From Candidatus Woesebacteria bacterium (GTDB lineage Bacteria; Patescibacteriota; Microgenomatia; UBA8517), in NCBI GenBank assembly GCA_020060565.1, contig JAGVAE010000002.1, forward strand, positions 307,270 to 371,269: a stretch of 64,000 bases of DNA, written 5' to 3'. This document shows, piece by piece, positions 56,369 to 64,000 of the stretch (the first letter of the stretch is position 1; each line of letters starts with the position of its first letter). The notes under the pieces are model-generated. The model worked only from the letters and a program-made list of their open reading frames with translations. It was not told the DNA's origin and did no database searches. Position numbers and translations under genes: made by a program.

Positions 56369-57980
56369 AAAACTGTTCACTGTTCACGGTCTACTGTTCA
56401 CTGCAATTGCTCTTGCAGCAATACTTAGACTGTGGAATTTGGGGAGTAATCCTCCAAGCCTTACTCCTGATGAAGCAGCGCTTGGATATAATGCATATTC
56501 GATTCTTAAAACTGGTAAAGATGAACACGGAACAGTGTTGCCTATCATTTTTAAATCGTTTGGAGACTTTAAACCTGGGCTTTATGTTTACTTAACAATT
56601 CCATCAATTGCTATATTTGGTTTAAATGAGTTTGCCACAAGACTTCCATCCGCTTTAGCTGGAGTTATTTCTGTGTTTTTGGTTTATTTAATAATTAGGA
56701 AATTGGAAATTGGAAATTGGAAATTGGGAATTATCGCGGCATTTGTCGCTGCTATTAATCCCTTTCTCATTTATTTTTCCAGGGGCGCTTGGGAAGCAAA
56801 TGTCTCCCTTACATTAACTCTATTTGGAATTTATTTTTTCTTAAAAGCCGTTAAAGACAGCAGGTACTTACTACTTAGTACTTTGTACTTTGCACTGACG
56901 CTAGTCACTTATCAGGGAGCCAAGTTATCAACAGCAATTGTTCTATTCCTTCTGATTGCTATATATTGGAAAGATTTTTGGAATATAAAATTGAAATATT
57001 TACTTATTTCGTTAGGGTTGGGAATTGTCATTTCGATTCCAATAATATTAAGTCTGTTCAATGGGCAAACACAAAGACTTACTATATATAGTATTTTTTC
57101 TTTTGTTCGTCCTGAGACGGAAATACAAACTTACTCAGATGGATATTTTTGGTTATTTCACTCAAATGCTCTCAATCATGCCAGAATGGTTGCGAGTCGT
57201 TGGTTTAATTTCTATTCAGGACAATTTCTTGTGTTTGAAGGGGATGTTGCTAATCCTCGCTATGGTGTCCCGTACCAAGGGGTTTTACTTATGGCAGATT
57301 TATTTATGTTACTGTTGGGGCTTTTTACGCTTTTTAAAAACAAAATGTCCAAGCCAAGCTTGTTTATATTCTTATGGTTAATTCTGGCACCCTTTTCGGC
57401 CGCTCTTTCTAGAGATCAGACAAATGCAGTAAGATCTTTAAATGCCGCAATACCTTTGATTGTTATTATTTCATTTGGTTTTAACCAAGTGGTAAGTTGG
57501 ATATCCATTCAGAGAATTAAGTTTCCTTACTACATACTACTTTCTACATTCTACTTCTTTAGTTTTGTTTACTTCCTTGATGCTATTTTTGTTCATTTAC
57601 CTGCTCATAACTCTAGTTACTGGAAATATGGTTATAAAGAAGCTGTAAGCTATATCACCGAAGTTGAATCAAAATATACACATATAATCTTTGAACAATC
57701 ATTTGACCAACCGTATATTTACTTCCTTTTTCATCAAAAGTACAGTCCAACTAAGTTTCAAGACCAGGCAAATCTAGTAAGTAGCCAATACAAAGGAGAC
57801 GTAGGATTTCAAACTCGATTGGACAATATTAGATTTGAACAGATAGATTGGAGTGCATTAAAGAATGACCATAATGTTTTGGTTGTGAGTTCAACGAATC
57901 CTGAAAAGTACCCTGTTATTAAAGAGATAAATTATTTAAATGGTCGCGATGTTGCCTTTAATATTATCGAAATAAAGTAA
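56355..57980 (+). CDS. ArnT/PMT_2-family GT-C glycosyltransferase, array member 4. Start at ATG 56355.
   Basis: 'LRLWNLGSNPPSLTPDEAALGYNAYSILKTGKDEHGTVLP'. It contains (AAATTGG)x4 at 56700-56727. Confidence 0.6.
   Translation: MKIIKKLFTVHGLLFTAIALAAILRLWNLGSNPPSLTPDEAALGYNAYSILKTGKDEHGTVLPIIFKSFGDFKPGLYVYLTIPSIAIFGLNEFATRLPSALAGVISVFLVYLIIRKLEIGNWKLGIIAAFVAAINPFLIYFSRGAWEANVSLTLTLFGIYFFLKAVKDSRYLLLSTLYFALTLVTYQGAKLSTAIVLFLLIAIYWKDFWNIKLKYLLISLGLGIVISIPIILSLFNGQTQRLTIYSIFSFVRPETEIQTYSDGYFWLFHSNALNHARMVASRWFNFYSGQFLVFEGDVANPRYGVPYQGVLLMADLFMLLLGLFTLFKNKMSKPSLFIFLWLILAPFSAALSRDQTNAVRSLNAAIPLIVIISFGFNQVVSWISIQRIKFPYYILLSTFYFFSFVYFLDAIFVHLPAHNSSYWKYGYKEAVSYITEVESKYTHIIFEQSFDQPYIYFLFHQKYSPTKFQDQANLVSSQYKGDVGFQTRLDNIRFEQIDWSALKNDHNVLVVSSTNPEKYPVIKEINYLNGRDVAFNIIEIK
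56700..56727 (+). repeat. A perfect heptanucleotide microsatellite, (AAATTGG)x4, inside the ArnT-like gene at 56355..57980 (it encodes KLEIGNWKL).
   Basis: Read directly from the sequence. Confidence 0.8.
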
Positions 57981-59620
57981 TGAAAAAAATATTATTAGTA
58001 TTGATAATCCTTTTAGCTTTTATTTTAAGGTTTTGGAAACTGGATGTGTATCCAGCTTTAAATGCCGATGAAGCAGCTATTGGCTACAATGCTTATTCAT
58101 TAATTCAAACTGGGTTGGATGAACATGGTCATTCATTTCCAATTCATTTCCAATCATTTAATGACTATAAACCAGGTCTATATTTCTATTTAGTTTTACC
58201 TTTCGTTAAAGTATTGGGATTGACAGAATGGGCGGTTAGGATCCCAGGGGCACTCTTGGGGGTATTGTCTGTTTTTGTTCTCTATCTTTTAGTTAACGAA
58301 TTATTCAAAAACAAAAAACTTGCTTTAGTATCTTCATTGTTCCTTGCCATATCCCCCTGGCACCTGCAATTTAGTAGGGGTGGGTGGGAAGTAAACACTG
58401 CAACATTTTTTATATTAAGTGGACTTTTGTTTTTCTTTAAAGCATTAAATGAAGAATTGTTTCGTTCAAAAATTATTAAGCTTGCGGCAAGTTCAATATT
58501 TTTTGTTGCGTCTCTTTACACTTACCACGCAGCAAGAGTTATTGTTCCACTTTTAGGTCTTTCCATTCTAGTTATTTATTGGAAAAAGATACTAATAAAT
58601 TTTAAGCCATATTTGATATTTTTGATAATTATCATAGTATTACTTCTTCCCCTTGTTCAGAATCTTCTTTCTTCTGGAACACTATCAAGAGTTGCAGGGG
58701 TGGGGCTTTTTGCAGACCTTGGTCCCATCAATCGCACAAACGAGCAAAGAGGGGAACATGGAAGTGTAACAAGTATTACAGGCAGGCTACTTCATAATAA
58801 AGTTATAAATTATGGATTGGCATTTGCTGATAATTGGACATCTCATTTTAATGGTGAGTATTTGTTTATGTCAGGTGACTCTATTGAAAGAAATAAAGTT
58901 CCGGAAACAGGGGAGATGTACTTGATTGATATTCTCTTTTTGGTAATTGGATTTATATATCTTTCAAAAGGTTTTAATAATAGTTGGAAATTTATAATTT
59001 TGTGGTTAGTGATTGCGCCCATTGCCTCAGCCCTGACTTTCCAGTCCCCCAATGCTTTAAGATCGCAAAATATGGTGATTCCACTTGTTGTAATAAGTGC
59101 CTTTGGACTAACAAAGATAGTTGAATGGTTAAATAGTCAAATGGTTAGTAATATCTTGCGTACTACATTCTACATACTACTTGCCACTTTTATTATTTGG
59201 AATTTCACACGATACCTAAATATGTACTACTTACATATGAGCAAAGTTTATCCTTATTCTTCTCAGTATGGGGTTAAGGAGCTTGTTACATATGTTTCTG
59301 AGAATCAATCGAAGCATAAAGATATATATATAACAAACAGATATGATCAGCCATATATTTTATTTTTATTCTACTTAAAATATTCACCTCAAATGTTTCA
59401 AGAAAATCATAGCTTAACTTCCCGTGATGGTTATGGTTTTTCAACTGTTGCCAATTTTGATAAATATCACTTTGGATCAATTGATTTTGATTCATTCAAG
59501 AATAATTACCCAGAAAGCCTCATAATAGGTGCACCTAGCGAGATACCAAATTCAGCAAATATTATTAAGCGGATTTACGGAACAAATGGATTTGAATATT
59601 TTGATATAGTACAAGATTAG
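57980..59620 (+). CDS. ArnT/PMT_2-family GT-C glycosyltransferase, array member 5.
   Basis: 'LRFWKLDVYPALNADEAAIGYNAYSLIQTGLDEHGHSFP'. Confidence 0.6.
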   Translation: MKKILLVLIILLAFILRFWKLDVYPALNADEAAIGYNAYSLIQTGLDEHGHSFPIHFQSFNDYKPGLYFYLVLPFVKVLGLTEWAVRIPGALLGVLSVFVLYLLVNELFKNKKLALVSSLFLAISPWHLQFSRGGWEVNTATFFILSGLLFFFKALNEELFRSKIIKLAASSIFFVASLYTYHAARVIVPLLGLSILVIYWKKILINFKPYLIFLIIIIVLLLPLVQNLLSSGTLSRVAGVGLFADLGPINRTNEQRGEHGSVTSITGRLLHNKVINYGLAFADNWTSHFNGEYLFMSGDSIERNKVPETGEMYLIDILFLVIGFIYLSKGFNNSWKFIILWLVIAPIASALTFQSPNALRSQNMVIPLVVISAFGLTKIVEWLNSQMVSNILRTTFYILLATFIIWNFTRYLNMYYLHMSKVYPYSSQYGVKELVTYVSENQSKHKDIYITNRYDQPYILFLFYLKYSPQMFQENHSLTSRDGYGFSTVANFDKYHFGSIDFDSFKNNYPESLIIGAPSEIPNSANIIKRIYGTNGFEYFDIVQD

Positions 59621-59627
59621 AAAGAAT

Positions 59628-60476
59628 ATGAAACTAAGCGTTGTATTGGCTACAAGAAATGAGGAAGAAAATATTAAAAGATGTTTGGAATCGGTTAAAT
59701 CTATTGCCGATGAAGTAATAGTGGTAGATGAGTATTCAACAGATAAAACCAGAGAAATTGCAGAAAGCTTGGGGGCTAAGGTATCTCTGGAACCTCACCA
59801 TGCAATATTCCATATAACCAAACAGAAAGCATTGGATAAAGCCAAAGGGGAGTGGATTTTACAACTTGATGCAGATGAGGTGGTTACACCTGAGTTGGCT
59901 CAGGAAATTCAAATGATAATTAATGAAGAAAAAATAACAGTTCCAGAAAAAAGGAAAAAACTATTTGCAAGGCACCAAAATCTGATTGAAAAAAGAGATG
60001 GGGTAGTTGGGAAAAAGACGGGGGAGATTGTTGGTTATTTCATTCCAAGACGTAACATGTTTTTAGGTAAACCTTTGATTCATGCAGGTGTGTATCCTGA
60101 TGGAGTAATTAGACTAGTTAAGAATGGTAAATCACACTTTCCACAAAAATCTGTTCATGAACAGATTGGACTTGATGGGGAAGTGGGTTGGCTTTCAGGG
60201 GATCTTCTTCACTATGATTCCCCCACCCTAAGGCGTTATTTGAAACGACTTAATAGATATACAGATCTGCATGCAAAGGAGTTAGAAGAAAAGCAAGTTA
60301 CCAAAAGCTGTTTGGGATTTTTAAATTACACTTTAATTAAACCAACCGTAGTTTTCTTAAGTCTGTTCTTTAGACACAAGGGATTTTTAGATGGGGCAAA
60401 TGGATTTTTGTGGTCTTTCTTTTCAGCTTCCCATTTTCCAGTTGCATATTTCAAGTATATTACGAATAAGCAGTAA
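59628..60476 (+). CDS. GT2 glycosyltransferase, family D paralogue.
   Basis: 'LSVVLATRNEEENI', 'LDADEVV', 'IHAGVYPDGVIRLVKNGKSHF'. Confidence 0.7.
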   Translation: MKLSVVLATRNEEENIKRCLESVKSIADEVIVVDEYSTDKTREIAESLGAKVSLEPHHAIFHITKQKALDKAKGEWILQLDADEVVTPELAQEIQMIINEEKITVPEKRKKLFARHQNLIEKRDGVVGKKTGEIVGYFIPRRNMFLGKPLIHAGVYPDGVIRLVKNGKSHFPQKSVHEQIGLDGEVGWLSGDLLHYDSPTLRRYLKRLNRYTDLHAKELEEKQVTKSCLGFLNYTLIKPTVVFLSLFFRHKGFLDGANGFLWSFFSASHFPVAYFKYITNKQ

Positions 60477-60518
60477 TAGTACTTGTGCCTCGAAGCCTTA
60501 GCGAAGTGATATAAATAT

Positions 60519-60543
60519 TTGACGTTCTAATTTTTGTTATAAT
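60519..60543 (+). promoter_or_regulatory. Sigma70-like promoter: -35 TTGACG at 60519-60524, and an extended -10 TGtTATAAT at 60535-60543.
   Basis: Read directly from '...atatTTGACGttctaatttttgtTATAATgtggaaATG'. The 13-nt spacer is short, but the TG-extended -10 compensates. Confidence 0.35.
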
Positions 60544-60549
60544 GTGGAA

Positions 60550-60699
60550 ATGAACAATCTAACAACAAAATACCTACGCTGGGCACAACAGGCTGGAGGT
60601 GCCGGTTGGAATGAACATGTTGGTAAGTGGCTCAGACGTAAAGCAAATAAAAGATTGAGAAGATTTTTTGCAAATGGTTTAAAGCTAACAAAGTTTTAA
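60550..60699 (+). CDS. Small basic ORF of 49 aa (MNNLTTKYLRWAQQAGGAGWNEHVGKWLRRKANKRLRRFFANGLKLTKF). It is not in the supplied ORF track because it is under 60 aa.
   Basis: The ATG lies 7 nt after the -10 element. It is rich in Lys/Arg and ends 1 nt before the SDR gene start. Confidence 0.3.
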   Translation: MNNLTTKYLRWAQQAGGAGWNEHVGKWLRRKANKRLRRFFANGLKLTKF

Positions 60700-60700
60700 T

Positions 60701-61408
60701 ATGAATTTAAAAAACAAAGCTGCTATTGTTACTGGAGCAAGTGATGGACTTGGAAAACAAGTGACTTTTAAATTGGCGAAAGAAGGAGTAAGTCTGGCAC
60801 TTATAGCAAGGGACGAAGGTAGATTAAATGAAGTTAAGCTGGAAGCAGAGAAACTTGGTTCTCCGAAAGTTGAAGTTTATCCATGTGATATTTCCGACAG
60901 TAAAAAGGTTGAAGATGTTGTGCGTCAGATTGAAGTTGATTTTAATGAAGTTCAAATTCTTTTAAACATTGCTGGTATCTGGCAGAAATTAAATTTATTA
61001 GAAGACATATCTATAGAAGAGATAGACCAAGTTGTTGATATTGATCTAAAAGCAATGATGTATATGACCCATTTCGTCCTCCCCATTCTCAAACGTCAAA
61101 AGGAAGCTCTAATAATTAACGATTCTTCAAAGTCCGGGGTCACGGCTCAACCAGGACAAAGCATTTATACAGCTGCAAAGTGGGGAGTGAGAGGTTTTAC
61201 TGACGTACTTAAAGAAGATCTAAAGAATACCACGGTTCGTGTAGCAGGTCTTTATCAGGGAGGAACTAATACTGAAATGTTTAATAAAAGTGGTGAACAT
61301 TTCGATCAGAGTAAATTTATCAACCCAGAAGATTTAGCTGATGTTATCCTTTTTATGCTTTCTCGACCCTCTAAGATTTGGCTTCACGATGTCAGAGTGG
61401 AGTATTAA
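60701..61408 (+). CDS. Short-chain dehydrogenase/reductase (SDR).
   Basis: 'AAIVTGASDGLGKQ' and 'YTAAKWG' (YxxxK). Confidence 0.8.
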   Translation: MNLKNKAAIVTGASDGLGKQVTFKLAKEGVSLALIARDEGRLNEVKLEAEKLGSPKVEVYPCDISDSKKVEDVVRQIEVDFNEVQILLNIAGIWQKLNLLEDISIEEIDQVVDIDLKAMMYMTHFVLPILKRQKEALIINDSSKSGVTAQPGQSIYTAAKWGVRGFTDVLKEDLKNTTVRVAGLYQGGTNTEMFNKSGEHFDQSKFINPEDLADVILFMLSRPSKIWLHDVRVEY

Positions 61409-61438
61409 AATAGTCTGCCTTGGCTGTATAATTTAGAT

Positions 61439-62401
61439 ATGCTCAAAATTGCAATTGATTCAGGACCACTCACGAGTGGGGATTCGATTAGGGGGATAGG
61501 AACTTATACAAGAGAGCTTCTAAAGTCTCTAAATATGAAAGGGGTGGATGTCTCAAAGGAAGACCTGGAAAAGTACGATATTGTTCACTTCACACGCTTT
61601 AACCCGTTTTTTATTTGTCTTCCATTTGTTAAACCAAATAGGACAAGATTTATTTTGACAATCTATGACCTGATTCCTCTTATTTATCCCAAACATTACC
61701 CACCTGGGTTGAAAGGAAAAATTAAGTTTTTGATAAATAAGTTTTTGATTAAGAAAAATGTTGACGCGATTATTACAATTTCAGAGACTTCTAAGAAGGA
61801 TATTTGTAGATTCTTGGATGTGGCTCCAGATAAAGTATTTGTTACCTACTTGGCTCCCAGAGAAATATTTAAAAAACTTGAAAACCCTAAATACCCAGGT
61901 CTTCCAAAGCGTTTTGCCCTGTATGTTGGTGATGTTAATTACAATAAAAACATACCCAATTTAGTTAACGCGTGTGAGTTGGTGGGTATTCCATTAGTTA
62001 TCGCAGGAAAACAAGCTACACAAATAGAAGATATGGACTTGAATCATTCTGAATTGTCACATCTTAAAAATATTAATTGGAAGGGAGTTATTAGATTGGG
62101 GTATGTTGATGATAGTGATCTGGTTAAAATCTATAATCTTGCGTCAGTTTATGTTCAACCTTCTTTTTATGAAGGTTTTGGTCTTCCTGTTTTGGAGGCC
62201 ATAGAATGCGGTACTCCTGTTGTTGCAACGAAAATTCAATGCTTGGTAGAAGTATTGGGAAATAGTTTTGATTATGTTGATGCCAAGGATCCAAAAGATA
62301 TGGCAAGGGGAATATCAAATCCAAATAAGAATGTAAAACTTCCGAGGGCATATTCCTGGGAAAAGACTGGAAAATCGACCCTGAAAGTATATAATAGCTA
62401 A
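61439..62401 (+). CDS. GT4 (group 1) glycosyltransferase.
   Basis: 'VYVQPSFYEGFGLPVLEAIECGTPVVATK'. Confidence 0.8.
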   Translation: MLKIAIDSGPLTSGDSIRGIGTYTRELLKSLNMKGVDVSKEDLEKYDIVHFTRFNPFFICLPFVKPNRTRFILTIYDLIPLIYPKHYPPGLKGKIKFLINKFLIKKNVDAIITISETSKKDICRFLDVAPDKVFVTYLAPREIFKKLENPKYPGLPKRFALYVGDVNYNKNIPNLVNACELVGIPLVIAGKQATQIEDMDLNHSELSHLKNINWKGVIRLGYVDDSDLVKIYNLASVYVQPSFYEGFGLPVLEAIECGTPVVATKIQCLVEVLGNSFDYVDAKDPKDMARGISNPNKNVKLPRAYSWEKTGKSTLKVYNS

Positions 62402-62404
62402 AAT

Positions 62405-63343
62405 ATGGCCACAAACTTCTGGATCGGTAAAAGAGTTTTAATTACTGGGGGCAGTGGTTTTTTGGGAAAACACTTAATAGCAAAACTCAAGGAGAAAAAT
62501 CCCAAATCAATTAGGATTGCCGATATTGATAAATACGACCTTAGAGAGTACAAAGATTGTCTCAGGGCTAGTCGTGGGATTGATGTAGTGATTCATTTAG
62601 CAGCCAAGGTTGGTGGAATTGGATTTAATAGGGAGTTTCCTGCTGATCTTTTTGATGACAATATTTTAATGGGAGTTAATATGATGAAGGCTGCAAGAAT
62701 AAATAAAGTTAAAAAGTATGTAGCCTTAGGAACTATATGTGCTTATCCAAAATTTACCCCAATTCCTTTTGCCGAAAAAGATTTGTGGATGGGATATCCT
62801 GAAGAAACCAATGCTCCATACGGACTTGCTAAAAAAATGCAGCTTGTACAAGCCGAAGCATATAGACAGCAATATGGGTTTAATGCAATTTTCCTTTTAC
62901 CTGTAAATCTTTACGGTCCAGGAGATAATTTTGATCCAAAATCTTCACATGTTATACCTGCTCTTATTATGAAGTTTGTTGAAGCCAAGAGAAAAAATAA
63001 AAAAGAGGTTGTTGTTTGGGGAACAGGAAAGCCTTCCAGGGAGTTTCTATATGTAGAAGATGCAGCAGAAGGAATCTTAAAAGCAGCTGAGAAATATAAC
63101 AAGAGTGATCCTGTCAATTTAGGGGCCGGATTTGAAATAACAATAAAAGAACTTGCAAGTCTTATTAAGAAGCTATCAGGATTTAAAGGAAGTATTGTTT
63201 GGGACAAAACAAAACCTGATGGACAACCAAGACGCAAACTTAATGTGGAAAGAGCCTATAAAGAGTTTAATTTTAGAGCTAAGACTTCATTTGAAAAAGG
63301 TCTCAAAGGCACCATTGACTGGTATTTAGCAAATTTTAAATGA
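62405..63343 (+). CDS. fcl: GDP-L-fucose synthase (GDP-4-keto-6-deoxy-D-mannose 3,5-epimerase/4-reductase).
   Basis: 'VLITGGSGFLGKHL', 'LLPVNLYGPGDNFDPKSSHVIPALI', 'VVVWGTGKPSREFLYVEDAAEG', and 'KPDGQPRRKL' match the Fcl/WcaG blocks. Confidence 0.8.
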   Translation: MATNFWIGKRVLITGGSGFLGKHLIAKLKEKNPKSIRIADIDKYDLREYKDCLRASRGIDVVIHLAAKVGGIGFNREFPADLFDDNILMGVNMMKAARINKVKKYVALGTICAYPKFTPIPFAEKDLWMGYPEETNAPYGLAKKMQLVQAEAYRQQYGFNAIFLLPVNLYGPGDNFDPKSSHVIPALIMKFVEAKRKNKKEVVVWGTGKPSREFLYVEDAAEGILKAAEKYNKSDPVNLGAGFEITIKELASLIKKLSGFKGSIVWDKTKPDGQPRRKLNVERAYKEFNFRAKTSFEKGLKGTIDWYLANFK

Positions 63344-64000
63344 AAATCTTTGTTGTAATTCCTCTTTTCAATGAAAAGAAGCATATAGCCTCTGTTATAA
63401 AAAATGTAAGTAAATATAAGCTACCCATTGTTGTGGTTGATGATGGATCCACGGATGGCTCGGGTCTAAAAATAATTGCACTTCGTGATAAAGAGTTAAG
63501 AAATAAAAATGTAACTGTCTTGACTCATAGAATTAATCTAGGAAAAGGTGCAGCAATGAAAACAGGAGCAGATTATGCATTCAGTAGGGGGGCAGATGCA
63601 GTTATTTTTATGGATTCTGATGGACAACATGAAGCCTCAGATCTTCTAAAGTTTATCGATGCCCTAAAAGACGATAGGTATGATGTTATTTTGGGATCAA
63701 GGAATCTAAATTACGGAGTTCCATTGGTTAGGTTTTTGGGCAATAAATTTGCTTCAGTTTTAATGGTTTTACTCTTCAAGGTCTACGTATCTGACGTAAT
63801 ATGTGGTTTTAGAGCTATTACAAAGGATGGATATAAAAAAGTTAAATGGGATTCAGATGGATATGGAGTTGAAACTGAGATGGTTGCCAGGATTGGGAAA
63901 AATAAAACTAAGTTTAGTGAAATCCCAGTTCAGACTATTTACCATGACGTTGTTAAAGGGGTTACTCTTCTTGATGCTTTCGAAGTACTAGGTAACGTTG
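63340..64000 (+). CDS. GT2 glycosyltransferase (DPM1/GtrB-like), 3'-truncated by the window edge.
   Basis: 'KIFVVIPLFNEKKHI', 'VVVDDGSTDGS', 'MDSDGQHEASD'. The ATG overlaps the fcl stop (ATGA). Confidence 0.75.
   Translation, partial: MKIFVVIPLFNEKKHIASVIKNVSKYKLPIVVVDDGSTDGSGLKIIALRDKELRNKNVTVLTHRINLGKGAAMKTGADYAFSRGADAVIFMDSDGQHEASDLLKFIDALKDDRYDVILGSRNLNYGVPLVRFLGNKFASVLMVLLFKVYVSDVICGFRAITKDGYKKVKWDSDGYGVETEMVARIGKNKTKFSEIPVQTIYHDVVKGVTLLDAFEVLGNV

Noticed and set aside
1-64000. A search for rRNA, tRNA, CRISPR arrays, transposase/integrase genes and IS-type inverted repeats.
   Set aside because: I found none. Every intergenic region is under 270 nt, and no ORF shows transposase (DDE) or integrase (tyrosine recombinase R..H..R..Y) signatures. 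The island looks chromosomal rather than obviously mobile.

Overview
This is an AT-rich window (about 35% GC by eye) with very tightly packed genes, almost all on the + strand. Many start/stop codons overlap in ATGA form, and convergent genes overlap at 1800/1803, 18163/18209 and 31472/31495. TGA is used as a stop and an intact RF2 (prfB) is present, so the standard code 11 applies. The content looks like an uncultivated Patescibacteria/CPR-type (Microgenomates-like) bacterium; that is inference from the pattern of ArnT/PMT-like paralogs, a lamin-tail-domain (LTD) surface protein and the overlapping compact genes. I did no database search; every call rests on motifs read in the translations.

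The first 11 kb carries housekeeping and cell-envelope genes: an MltG-like protein, a HAD hydrolase, an FKBP PPIase, tgt, a LytR_C protein, prfB, and ftsE-ftsX followed by a coiled-coil papain-like peptidase (an EnvC/PcsB analogue). From about 11.6 kb to the end the window is one continuous cell-surface glycosylation island.

The island holds nucleotide-sugar genes (galE, galU, an rmlB fused to a Nudix-like domain, rmlC, rmlD, fcl, two SDRs). It also holds five DPM1/GtrB/CsbB-like family-2 glycosyltransferases (GT2), one of them fused to a GtrA flippase domain, nine other GT2s, two family-4 glycosyltransferases (GT4), a Wzx flippase and a Wzy-like membrane protein. Most striking is an unusually dense set of at least 14 paralogous multi-pass membrane proteins that look like GT-C fold membrane glycosyltransferases (the fold of ArnT and the protein O-mannosyltransferases):
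- eight ArnT/PMT_2-like, five of them in an uninterrupted tandem array at 51.2-59.6 kb;
- four YfhO-like, three of them in tandem at 35.0-40.1 kb;
- two 'DxGRD' family members in a mirrored GT2 | GT-C | nrnA | GT-C | GT2 block.

This suggests multiple parallel three-component systems (a GT2 that loads a polyprenyl-phosphate sugar, a GtrA/Wzx flippase, a GT-C transferase) that decorate surface structures outside the cytoplasm. The island also carries heptanucleotide microsatellites and poly-G/poly-C tracts inside coding regions, which are candidate phase-variation switches. I found no rRNA, tRNA, CRISPR array or obvious mobile element.
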